Source of the DNA: Azolla caroliniana | Lineage: Eukaryota > Plantae > Polypodiophyta | Reading direction: 5' to 3' | Length of the DNA stretch: 64,000 nucleotides | NCBI GenBank assembly: GCA_043228905.1 | Contig: JBHGNT010000009.1 | Coordinates: 15,314,001 to 15,378,000 of the forward strand | Shown: one piece after another, positions 1-11,900 of the stretch | Numbering within the stretch: position 1 is the first letter of the stretch | How the letters are laid out: every line of letters begins with the position of its first letter | The notes under the pieces: model-generated | What the model saw: only the letters and a program-made list of their open reading frames with translations | What the model was told of the DNA's origin: nothing | Databases searched by the model: none | Made by a program: the position numbers and the translations under genes

Positions 1-749
1 AAGACCGGAGAGACGGCAGGTGGTGGCAAGGAGTCAGAGGCCGGAGCGGACGAGGTTACCGAAACGGGTATCCGGTGCGGAAAGACGGACGAGCGGGGCC
101 AAGAGGGCCAAACAGGGCCGGAAATGACTACGACGATGAAGGAAGAAGAGGCTGACATGGAGGTCGGGACTACGACGAGTGAAGGGCGTGAAACGGAGCA
201 TGCACTACGGTCAACGAAGGGCCAAGAACAAGCATGCACCCGGAAGATCGACAACGAGTGACCGGTGATAGCGGTCCGATCGAGCCTTTGAGAGGCAAGG
301 ATGGGACAAAAGGCGGAGCGGTGAGTCGTCGGGATGACGGTACACTCTACCGCGAGAGAGCATGGAGAGCAAGGGAGAAACAAGGAGTGCATAATGGGGT
401 CACCTAAGGACCGAAGAACAAGCGTGTATTCAGAGGATGACATCGACGCACGGGAAGAGCCTACGGAAGGCAAGCGGGGAACAGAGAGAGACGGCACGCC
501 GAGGTGCTTGGGACGAGGAGACGGTCGAACCAAAGGAGGGGCACACGCGACACGCGAGGTGTAGAATTCGGCGTACAATCGGAGTAACCGGGGTCTAATC
601 GGAGGACATACGTGGCGGAACGGATGGAGTCGACGGATCGGGGTCGGTGGGAGCCGGGACGGCGGAGAACCCAGTTGATCACTGTCGTCGAAATCTCTCT
701 CCTTTCCTTTCATGGCACATACCGGTGGATGTGTGGTTTGGTGGGGGTG

Positions 750-1070
750 TGTCGAATACGAATGTATAATGGACGTATTCACACTATCCTCTTAGAGAGC
801 CCAAGTTCGGGCTATTTTTGTAAATAACATAAAGGGCAGTTGCCCTAAGTGAGTCACTATATAAAGTGACTTTGTAACCTTTTGTAAAGGTTGGTTGTTC
901 ATTATTGTAACGATTGCCCCTTTATGAATATAGATATATTCTTTGTGCCTCTCTCTCTCGCTCTCTCTGTACGTATTTTGTTCTTGCCCATCTCATACGC
1001 AGGTATTTCTTCCTCACAGATTCATACTGTGTGATCTCTTCCGCACTGACAGCCTTGTCCATTCCCTACA
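750..1070 (+). repeat. Copia E 5' LTR
   Basis: Direct repeat of 5990-6309, with about 4 substitutions and 1 indel by eye. Confidence 0.97.
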
Positions 1071-1072
1071 TT

Positions 1073-1084
1073 TGGTATCAGAGC
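1073..1084 (+). promoter_or_regulatory. PBS (tRNA-iMet) of Copia E
   Basis: TGGTATCAGAGC begins 2 nt after the LTR. Confidence 0.95.
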
Positions 1085-1773
1085 TTGGATGTCCTTCATC
1101 CTGCTGTCGGTCGCCATTCGAATTTTTTGGATCACAACATTCTGTTTTTTGTTTTTTTATTTGAAGAAATAGAGAAGAGAGTAGAAGAAGAAAAACGAGG
1201 CTTGCATCTCATCACGTTAGATCATCTTCGCTTGGAGTAAGCCAGCCGGCTGTACTCTGTTCCTCATGATCGTAACTGCTCGAGGTGAAATCCCCTTGTG
1301 CAACATTGACACGATCATGCTCCACTCGGTTAAACGGCATCCGAACAGGTCACCGAACGCTGCTCGCCGCCCGTTGTAACCACTCGATGCAGATCGGTCT
1401 CAAGACAACAACCCCAATTCGTGCTTCAAACTGATCGACATTCGGGAGGATCAATTGGATCCGTCTCTCTCGTCGCTACAGTCACCCAAAACAGAATTGG
1501 TCCAGATAATCGGTTTCAATAATCGGTATTTGGCATATATATTCGGAAGCGAACCGGGCTCACTCCGACTCGGTAACATTCGGGAAGACTAGTCGGTTCT
1601 GTCCCTCGAGTTACTGGAGTCAATTTGAGCAAGTTCAACAATACATATATTCGAAACCGAACTGACTCGGGTTCAAATCCGACTAGAACGATATCGGGTG
1701 AGCCGACCGACTGCACTCCAACAAGGTTCGTAGTCAACTCCGAACCGAGCTTCGTCAACCGAAACCGAATCTG

Positions 1774-4700
1774 ATGGCATCAACATCCGGCTCATTGGAA
1801 ATGAGTCTAAGGAGGTTCGACGGTTCGAACTTCAATTTTTGGAAGGAGCAAATGCAGGACTATCTTATAGTCAAGGGTCAGATCGATCCGATTGAGAATG
1901 AAACTGCTCCAGAAATATACAAGGAAAATGAGTGGTAGAAGCTGGACAGAATCGTCCGCGCCACGATTCGGATGCACCTGTCGGAGTCAGTGTACTTCAT
2001 AGTGCAATCGTGCACGACAACCTTCGAACTTTGGAAGAAGCTGTCGGATACCTACGAAAAGAAGGTCGCCTCAACGAAGATGTATTTGATCCGGCACCTC
2101 TACAACCTGCGGATGAAAGACTCTGATTCGGTTCAGGCACACCTTAACGAGTACGAAAGTTTGAGCTCCCAAATCTCGTCACAGGGGACGACAATCGAGG
2201 ATGAACTTAGAGCAATGATACTCATGAGCAGTCTCCCCTCCTCTTGGGAAACCTTCGTTACAACTGTGTGCAACGCTTCTACGACTGCCATCAAGTACTC
2301 CGAAATCACAAGTGCAATCCTAACTGAAGCAGCTCAGAGAAAATCTTTCACCAAAGACTCGGCAGAAGAAGCCTATGTAGTACAAGGTTCGACCGACCGA
2401 TCGAACAACCGGGGAAGAAGTTCTTCCCGACCGCCGACAAATCAGTGAAGCCGCAGCAAGTCCCGGGAAACCCGAATCTGCAACTACCGCAAGAAACCGG
2501 GACACATCAAGGCCGACTGTTGGGTACTCAAGTCAAAGACAGACAAAGCTCAGAGAGCTGACCAGAGGAGTAACCGACATGAGGAAGTCAACTACGTCGG
2601 CTCTTCAGCCGAGATATTGATGACCGACCCGAACATATTGTCCATAGAGAATCCAGTCGAATCAGAAGTTCTACTTACGACTGAGGAATCGAGCACATGG
2701 CTTCTGGACCCGGGTGCGTCATATCACGTGACACCTCACCGATCACAGTTTCGGCAATATTCGGACCGGCACTCCGACTTAGTTCGAGTCGGAAATTCGC
2801 AGCACTGTGCTATCATCGGAATCGGCACTGTAGAGCTCAACCTTCCGGGTGGCTCTACACTCATACTACACAACGTCCGACACGTTCCTGAGCTCTCACG
2901 ACCCTTGATCTCAGTCGGACAACTTGATGAAGCTGGCATCCGTGCTGGTTTCTCATTAGGACGGTGGACACTCCACAAAGGGAACCTCCTGCTTGCTAGA
3001 GGACCAAAGGTACACTCATTGTACCCTTTGTATGTCACACTCAGAGAGGGTGACTTATTTCTGGTAGATATCCCTGTGTCATCCTTAGGGCATGGACGAC
3101 TTGGACACCTCAGCAAGGCCGGCATCACGCACCTATCCAGAGCTGGATACATCCCGAAACTCTCCTTCTCGGACCATCAATTTTGTGAGCATTGCCAGTA
3201 CGGCAAACAGATAGCCGCATCACACCCGACATCAGCACCAAGAGAGTCGAGCCCGCTCGATTTGGTCCACTCAGACGTCTATGGCCCGATGCCACATCAG
3301 TCCCTCGGTGGTGCCTCGTACTTTGTCAGTTTCATTGACGACTCGACTCGGAAGGTCTGGGCTTACCCCATCAGAACCGAAGATCGGGTGTTCTCGATCT
3401 TCTCAGATTGGCTCACAATGGTCGAAAACCAGACCGGTCGGAAACTAAAGCGTCTCCGAACCGACAATGGAGGTGAGTTCAAATTTGATGAATTCGTCAA
3501 ATTTTGCCGAGAACGCGGCATTAGACGTGAATATACGACACCATATAGTCCGGAGCAGAACAGAATCGCAGAATGCATGAATCGAACGATTCAAGAACGC
3601 GTTGTATCCATGCTCCAACACTCCGGACTGTCGGATGGCTTCTGGGCAGAGGCTCTACTCACGGCAGTACACATAATCAATATGTCGCAAAGTAGACCTC
3701 TAGGACTTAAGATACTTTAGGAAATATGGACCGACAGAAAGTCGAATTATGATAAGCTGAGGATTTTCGATTGCGAGGCATACGCCCTCATACCGAAAGA
3801 CGACCGCCGAAAACTCGAACCGAGATCAAGGAAATGCGTTTTCCTCGGGTATGGACCCGACGGCGAGATCAGATACCGACTCTGGGACCCCGAGCACAGG
3901 CAAATCATCTGAAGTTCGGAAGTCATGTTCAACGAGTCGACTATGCACAAAACGGCCGAAAGGCCTATTGAAGTCTGAAGGGTAATATTTTCCGAAGTGC
4001 CAACCCTTCATGACGGCCCAACAGACAACGTGAGATTAGTTTCACGGGTAACTGACCTCTCTCGCACCGAATTCACAAATTCGGCACAACCGAATGGCTC
4101 GGCTTCCGACCATCCGACATCGACACCCGGTGAGACCAGTCCAGTCATACCTCGAAGATCCGAAAGACTATCGCAACCTCCGGAGAGGTACTCTCCCGGA
4201 ATTTTCTTCACCGACGTCGGCGAACCGACGTCCTACGAAGAAGCATCGGCAGCTGCCGATTTAGCCACCTGGCATCTGGCAATGGAGTCGGAAATGCACT
4301 CCATCCGCACCAACAAGACTTGGGATCTGGTCGACTTACCGAAGAATCGACGTGCTCTTCCTTGCAAGTGGGTCTATAGACTAAAGGAGACGTCCGACTC
4401 GACCACCCCAAAGTACAAGGCCAGATTAGTTGCGAAGGGATTTCGACAGGAATATGGCGTCGACTTCGACGAAATCTTTTCACCAATGGTGAAAATGACA
4501 ACCCTTCGTTTCATGCTCGGTGTTGTGGCTGCCGAAAATTTGGAGCTGATTCAGCTAGATGTGAAAACGGCATTCCTCCACGGTGATCTAAAGGAGGAAA
4601 TCTACATGGAGCAGCCGAAAGGCTTTGTGGCCACCGGTCAGGAACATCTAGTCTGCCGACTCAAGAAGAGTCTTTATGGCCTGAAACAGGCACCCCGACA

Positions 4701-5795
4701 GTGGTACAAGAAGTTCGATGATTTCATCCAGTCGGTCGGCTTCTCCAAGCGCGATGAGGACCACTGCCTCTTCACCAAAACAGCTCACGACGGTTCTCCC
4801 GTCTTCCTCATCATCTACGTGGACGACATGCTACTCTCCGGTCGGCATACCGGAGAGCTCACCGACCTTGTTCAGAAACTGCGATTGAAGTTTGCCATGA
4901 AGGACCTTGGTCCGGCAAGACACATACTCGGAATGAAGATTAGTCGGAATCGCGCCAAAAGACAACTTTTTCTGTCTCAAACCGACTACATCGGACGTGT
5001 CTTGGAACGCTTCAACATGCAATCGGCCAAATCTGCTTCGACCCCGCTTCCCATTCATCTTCGGCTTTCTCAACGAGACTGCCCGACATCCGGTCCGGAG
5101 GGGGAAGACATGAAGTCGGTACTGTATGCACCGGCAGTAGGCTCTCTGATGCACGCGATGGTCGCGACACGACCTGATATTTCTCACGTCGTAGGAGTCA
5201 TCAACAGATTTATGCACAATCCTGGCCGATCTCACTGGAACGCAGTCAAGCATGTGTTCAGATATTTAGCTGGCACAAAAGACCACAACATCCTTTTCGG
5301 TCCGAACTCAACTTCAAGCGTAGCTGGTTACACCGACTCGGACTTCGCCGGCTGTGTGGACAGTCGCAAGTCAACAACCGGATATTGCTTTAAATTCGGC
5401 AATGGAGCAATCTCGTGGAAGTCGAAAGTTCAGGAGTGCACAACCACCTCAACGACCGAAGCAGAATATGTAGCTGCCTCCGACACAACGAAAGAAGCTT
5501 TATGGCTCGGTCGGCTGGCGCACACGTTTCGGCAAGTCGACTTCGACTCGGCTCCAGTTGTCTACAGCGACAGTCAGAGTGCTGTTGCTTTGTCGAAAAA
5601 TCTGGTTCATCACAACGCCTCCAAGCATATCGAAGTTCGATATCACTTCGTTTGGGACTGCGTCATTTCCGGGAAAATCGGTTTAGATAATCCACAACCG
5701 ATAATGTCGTAGATGGAATGACCAAGTGTCTTTCGGCAGACCGGTTCCGGTCTCTTCGGCAACAGATGGGTGTAACAACATATCGGTTCGGTTGA
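1774..5795 (+). pseudogene. Copia E gag-pol polyprotein with premature stops and frameshifts
   Basis: gag RFDGSNFNFWK; PR WLLDPGASYH; IN LVHSDVYGP/LRTDNGGEF; [18 protein letters not shown]; RH GYTDSDFAG. ORF pieces 1972-2448, 2617-3720, 3997-5712. Confidence 0.95.
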
Positions 5796-5989
5796 AGCTG
5801 GACATAGTGCATGACGGTTTCGGACAACAGACATCGGTTCATTGACGATCGGCCTCAGCTTTTCCGACCCGACCAGTTCGGTCTTCTGTCTACGGATCAT
5901 GCCGATTCGAACAAAACCGACCTGTCCGAGAACCTATGCCTATATCTGTATTTTTTAGATAACCCATGTATACGCCCATTACGGGGGAG

Positions 5990-6309
5990 TGTCGAATACG
6001 AATGTATAATGGATGTATTCACACTATCCTCTTAGAGAGCCCAAGTTTGGGCTATTTTTGTAAATAACATAAAGGGCAGTTGCCCTAAGTGAGTCACTAT
6101 ATAAAGTGACTTTGTAACCTTTTGTAAAGGTTGGTTGTTCATTATTGTAACGGTTGCCCTTTATGAATATAGATATATTCTTTGTGCCTCTCTCTCTCGC
6201 TCTCTCTGTACGTATTTTGTTCTTGCCCATCTCATACGCAGGTATTTCTTCCTCACAGATTCATACTGTGTGATCTCTTCCGCACTGACGGCCTTGTCCA
6301 TTCCCTACA
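5990..6309 (+). repeat. Copia E 3' LTR, preceded by PPT ACGGGGGAG
   Basis: Direct repeat of 750-1070, followed by the TSD. Confidence 0.97.
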
Positions 6310-6316
6310 GGGTGGA

Positions 6317-7118
6317 TGTCGTGAAGATTTCTGGCTTTGGTGTGAAATCGGCATGGAATGGGCAAGTTGGCAATGTGCAACATGTGCACATGTATAATAG
6401 AAAAATGGTGTATAGACTAAGGGGGAGAATTTATCCCACATTGTAATGTCCCTCCCTCCTTGGGCTATAAAAGGAAGGGAGGGGTCTCTTGTGGAGGGGT
6501 TGCCCATTTTCAGTTAGGAGGGTATACTATTAGGTCCAAGGTATGATAATCTTTCTTCGTTTTACTTTCTTGTTTTCTGTTAGGGTTTTTCAAGTTCTTC
6601 TTCTTCTTCGTCGTCGTGTGGGTTGAGTCTTCATGTCTGTTTAGGGTTTAGTCTGGTTAGGAGCTAGTATGTCTAAAGGGGTTTAGGCTTTTGCCCTCTC
6701 TCTTGTGCAAGACCTCGCTCGGTGCGACGAGCCCGAGAGCTCCCCGATTGACGGCTTGGCAACAGACTGTTGTTGTAACCTAACCTACCTTGGTCCGGCT
6801 CGAGGTCGGGGTTGTATCTTACTCTTGTACATATATAGTGAAGTTTTGTGCATCTGTGTATGTGTCTGCGTCTTCAGAGTTTCTTCTTTCCTTTTCTGTA
6901 CATAAATAGTGTGCGTTGAGTTGGTGTTGCACGTATTCTCTCTCTCTCCCTCTCTCATGTTCGATAGCCTCCGGTACGCGTCCGGAATCGTTCCGGTTTG
7001 CGCCATAGCCGGTGCAGCCAGGGCCGGAGAGGGTCGGTCTCCCGACATCCATCTCTTCCTCGTTCGAGACCCCCGTGGTCCCGCCCCTTTCGACACATAC
7101 TCGCAGATTACCATGACA
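6317..7118 (+). repeat. 3' LTR of element V
   Basis: Starts TGTCGTGAAG, has TATAAAA at ~6466, ends ..CATGACA. Copia coding sequence resumes immediately at ACGTGTAG. Confidence 0.8.
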
Positions 7119-8182
7119 ACGTGTAGTACGTTCATGAGCTTCCCCTTTTGTCCGACATGGCTTAAAGAGACTTCTCCGACATGCATAATCGAGTGAGGGG
7201 TGTCGTCTCCGGTTTTGACAATCCCTAGTTGTTCCGATTTTTCCAAAAAGGAGAACCACTCTTCATGGCTCGTCATGTGGTTGGACGCTCCAGAATCAAC
7301 ATACCATACTTCCTCCGATTTGGAAGTAGTCTTCTTCATTGAGTTAACTTTCTTTGTGCTTCATCACGAAGGCTGACCCTTTACCGGTCTTCCCGGTTCT
7401 GAATCCTTCCGATCCTTCTACGTAGTGCGAGCTTTGCTGGTTTTCCCGACCGAACTTGCCGGATCCGGATTTGTCCAAATCGGCGCGCTTCTTCTAGCAC
7501 TCGCTTTCCCTGTGGCCCTTTTTCCACAATACCAGCATTCCGTGTCGGTTTTTCCTTGCCGGCTTCCGGCACTGCTTTGACTCCCCCTGCTTGTGGAGGG
7601 TCCAGAACTATTGTCGGCACTACCTCTGTGCCTTCGGTCCTACTCTTGCCGGCTGCCTCCATTGCGTGCCAACCCACCTCGTCCACCACGTCCATGGGGC
7701 TGATCTGTCTCCGTGTACATCATCCGACTATCCGATTGAGTGGTTCTAGACCCACTCGTGTGGTTTTCTTCGATCATCAGCATTGATTGCAAGTTTAAGA
7801 ACGATGGTGGCTTCTCTCGGGTGCAGATCGCTGTCTCGATTGGCCTGTATCTTTGCGCTAGACCACTGAGGCAGATTTGTACCATCTCGTCTTCGTCCAT
7901 CGTCATGTTGATGGACCCAAGTGCATCACATATCTCCTTTATTTTGGTGGTGTAATCCGCGTAACCAACATGTCTTTTTGTCGGATGTTGTTCAGCTCTT
8001 GCCGGAGCTGCAACTTACGGGTTGTGGTACTCGCGGCGAAAATCTTCCGTAGATTTTCCCAGACCTCCTTCGGCGTCTTTGCATCCTTTATGTAGCTGAG
8101 CATCTAATCGTGCACACAGGACCCGAGGCAGTACAATACTTAGCTCACTCCTTGCTCCCATACCGAGAAGTCACTGTGTGTC
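7119..8182 (-). pseudogene. Copia gag-protease fragment (same family as Copia C)
   Basis: WYVDSGASNHMTSHEEWF and SHVGQKGKLMNVLHV, an ECWYC..GH..SEC knuckle, and MVQICLSGLA are near-identical to the 21873-22700 translation. Confidence 0.9.
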
Positions 8183-8302
8183 ATTTTCCTCTATAAAAAG
8201 GGGAGATGAGGGTTTATTGAGGGCCCCTCTTTTTTTTGTTGTTGGAGAGGAACCACTAGGGCTTGCTTCTCTTGTTTTTCTTTTTTTCTTTTCTAGGGTT
8301 TG
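8183..8302 (+). repeat. Fragment of an unidentified LTR into which Gypsy A1 inserted
   Basis: CTATAAAAAGGGAG followed by a T-rich tract and TAGGGTTT, reminiscent of the V LTR at 6465-6590. Confidence 0.4.
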
Positions 8303-8776
8303 TGTTGGCCGGCAAGGCCAAAGGGCCGGTTAGAGTCCAGAATGTGAAAGGGGTATTTAATTAGGGATAGGGAGTTGTAATTAATAAATATTATGTTATT
8401 TTGAGAAACGGGTGGACGGACCAGAATCGGTATGCCAATTCAGATCTGAACCAGATCGTTGTCGGTTGTCGGTTGGCACGGGTTTGTAACTCAACCGGAG
8501 ACCTATAAAAGGACCCAACAAGAATGTAATCAGAAACGGATAATTAATAGAAGCGTTGTTGTTTTACATATTGTTTAGTGTCTATTTGGTTACCGTTCTG
8601 TGCTTAATATAATTAATCTTACGCGTGTGTTACAATCATTAACAATACCGGTTAGTAACCGGTTAAGACCCATTCAATACCACGGTCTATCCATATCTCA
8701 CCGTACCACCCTTTGGTGAAGTGTTCCATAGGGACACCTTGTGTTAGGACTTGTCCAGCCAGCCTAAAGGATAACA
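8303..8776 (+). repeat. A1 5' LTR
   Basis: TGTTGGCCGG..GGATAACA, homologous to LTRs 54329-54763, 61898-62332 and (minus) 30846-31278. Confidence 0.85.
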
Positions 8777-8912
8777 CAGATTTAGACGACCACGATTCCT
8801 GTAGTGAGCAGAGAACACTGGGGGATGGGTGTCTCAACAGACTAACAACCAAGTGACCGAATGAGGAAGAAGACTAGCCGAAAGACACCAAAGGCGGGAA
8901 GCCTTCCAGCAA

Positions 8913-11900
8913 GTGGCCGAGGAGATCCGACAAGATCGGTCTTTTCCAAGAGTGCTTCGGAGGGTCATGGAAGAGGCACTTCGGTTCCAAAAACAGCAAC
9001 TTTCCGACAAGGGCAGTAGTTTGACGAGCCTGCAAGAGCCAGAATCGCAACTGCGGACGCTTGCCGAAGGCAATGGAGTCTCGGAGGCATTCTCGGCCTT
9101 AGAGTCGAAATTGGATAGTGAACCAAGCGTTCAGTTGAATTACAAAAGCAACCACGATACTCTGGACGATCCAGAGGACAACGAATCAGATGGCTCATCG
9201 ACACCACCCGCGGAGAAAGTGGAAAAGCGCGCACCAACACCACCCACAGAGCAATAACTAGACCACACATCTCCGGTACAACCTTCCAAAGACTACACCA
9301 TGCCTTACCCGTATCCAAAGTACCATGATGACCCTGACGCGGAGGCGCACGTCTATGCGTTCCTACAAACATGGGAAGCGAATCATGTGTCCCAAAGGCT
9401 GACCGAACCAGAAGCCGAACGGTCAAAAATTGCCGAATTCGGCATGACATTAGAGGGACCGACGGCTCGTTGGCACACAAAGCACCTACCCGGAAGCTTT
9501 GCCACATTTGAGGCCTTGAAAACAAAATTCCTCCGACTATTCCATAGGCAAGTGGAACAACGCGAACTAGTCGGTCAGTTTTACACAACCCACCAAGAGG
9601 AGCAGGAGACAGTGCCCCAATTTATCATCCGATTTCAAACACTACACAACCAATTAACAAGGGCACCTCCGGAGGAGGAGGCGAAAGCGATGTTTCTGGC
9701 CGCTCTATGGGAACCCCTCCGAACGATGTGCGCGGTACTAGATTTCTAGGCCAGCACAATGGATCAAGTCATCGATCGGGTGCTGGAAATGGATAAACAT
9801 AGCTCCCTAATGACGATGGGAGCCAGGCGTTGCAATGCACAACGTGTCTAAACCCGGGCCATTTGATGGTAGACTGCACAATGAGGACACAATGTATGAT
9901 ATGCCACTCACGGGCATACACAACGGACCGATGCGAGTACAACCTGCTCAACCGACAATCGGCACTGATGCGTAACATTGAACCACATAGCAGTCACGAA
10001 TCGGATGACGAACGTGCCAGAGGGAGGAAGGATACCGACCAGAACGGGGGGATCAATACAATGATAGAAGATGCGACGACTATGGGTGCGATCGCGATGG
10101 CCGACGCAGGGAAGGCTACAACCAAGATTGGTATGAACAGGACTACTCCCCGGATTATGACCAGAGAAGGGATGCTTATGACTGGGACCGGTATGATAGG
10201 AACCAGGAATATAACGGTGACCGGTATGATCGCGATTACTCTCCAAGCTACAACCGGAGGAGAGAGGACCAACGAGGAGACTACGAGGACTGGCACCGGC
10301 AGGGTTACAAGAACAAACGACGCTTTATTAAGAAATGGAACGCTCAGAAAGAGGATCGTCGGGAGATGGCAAAGGAGTACCAACACGAGCCAGATAGAGG
10401 CATAAGTAGCGCCCAACCGGAACAAAGAAGAACAGAAGAACCTAACTGAGCGGTAACGGGATTTCAACCGGGTACCGGGCTAAAAACAGAATCTAGCAAT
10501 ACCCGGAAGGTGTATTATTACTATTGCCGCCAGGAAGGCCATTATAACAACCAATGTCCGGTTAAAAGTAACGAAAAACGATTGGCAATCAATATGGTGG
10601 TAGTAGAAGTAGCGGATATACATCAAGTTACCACCAGATCAAAAGGAAAGATGGCGGAGTGGGAAGCAAAGGAGGCCATACGAAAACAGACCACCGAATG
10701 GATTGAAAAAGCCAACGAACGCAATGTCACCGAAATGGAAGAGCACATGAATGTAGTGGAGAAACTCACCGTAAAGGCAAAACCGGAGAGCCCCACGTGG
10801 CAAGCACTTCAGGAATGCCAAATCACGTTACCACTAGGCAGGTTACTGCAACTAGTGCCCCGGTTCACCTACGGGTTGAAATCAACGTTGGCTCTAATAA
10901 GTCCTACACCGGCTCCGGAATTCTTTTCAAATCCGGAGGAAGGACCGACAGTGGTGGACATTAGCAGTCTGACAATCACTGCGATTATTAAAGGACGGGA
11001 GCTACCAGGTACGATAGTCGATGGCAGATCAGGACTAAACGTGATAAGCCTCCGGACATGTGACACTTTGGGAATTCAGGAGTGGGAACCATGCCCATTT
11101 TGGCTCCAGATGGCGGACACCAACTCAGTCCAACCGGCTGGCTTGATCCGGGACTTGGAGGTGACGATTGGAGGCCATGCTTTCCGAATTTCTGCGGTAG
11201 TCCTTTAGCTAAACACTCAAGGGGCATACCCATTGCTGTTGGGACGACCATGGCTGAGGATTGCCCGTATCAAATAAAACTAGCAGAAGAACAATATTAT
11301 GTTCCAAAGAGGGAAAACGAAAGTAAGAGTACCCACACAACCGCAAGCAGGCCTTGTCAAAGACGTAACCCCACTATATGCTGAAAGTGTAAACATGCTG
11401 GTAGGACTGGACGATGAGGAGGTGGATCGCTACCTTGAAGAGAACCCAAGGATAGTCCCTCTGTTTGAAGTGGATGTGGGAGAAGCGGTATCTCCATACA
11501 TTGTGCAGACGGAAGAGGCCGGTGAGGAACCGGATAAGGATGCAATCCGGGAACTGTGGCAAGCACAAGAAGCCTTGGAACGGGAAATGGTGGTATCCCA
11601 ACGAGTAAAGGCATCCCAACTAGAAGAAGTAAATTTGGGCACCAGAGTGGAAGCGCGTCCGGTACACGTGGCCAAGGAGATGTCATTGGAAGATAAATCG
11701 GCAATGATAAGATTATTAAAAGAATTCTGGGACGTATTCGCTTGATCCTATGAAGATATGCGGGGACTTGACCCCCAACTCTATCAACACCAGATTCACC
11801 TCAGCAAGGACGCTAAGCTGGTGGCACAACGACGCTATCGGATGACCCCAAACTACGCGGCCTAAGTAAAGGAGGAAACTGACAAACTACTCCGGGTCGG

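Larger units (their letters stand above)
750..6309 (+). mobile_element. Full-length Ty1/Copia LTR retrotransposon E (decayed)
   Basis: TG..CA LTRs at 750-1070 and 5990-6309. 5-bp TSD GGGTG at 745-749 and 6310-6314. tRNA-iMet PBS and PPT present. Domain order gag-PR-IN-RT-RH. Confidence 0.97.
1..7118 (+). mobile_element. 3' part of Gypsy-B-related element V (internal 1-749, 3' LTR 6317-7118), interrupted by Copia E
   Basis: Removing Copia E restores GGTTTGGTGGGGGTGGA|TGTCGTGAAG, the same PPT/LTR junction as at 27755-27780 and on the minus strand at 32811 and 39863. Bases 3-33 (GACCGGAGAGACGGCAGGTGGTGGCAAGGA) and ~192-210 (ACGGAGCATGCACTACGG) match the internal ORF of W (~48910, ~49048). Confidence 0.75.

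Noticed and set aside
9994-10467. Hydrophobic membrane-protein-like ORF
   Set aside because: Antisense shadow of the R/D-rich gag tract.
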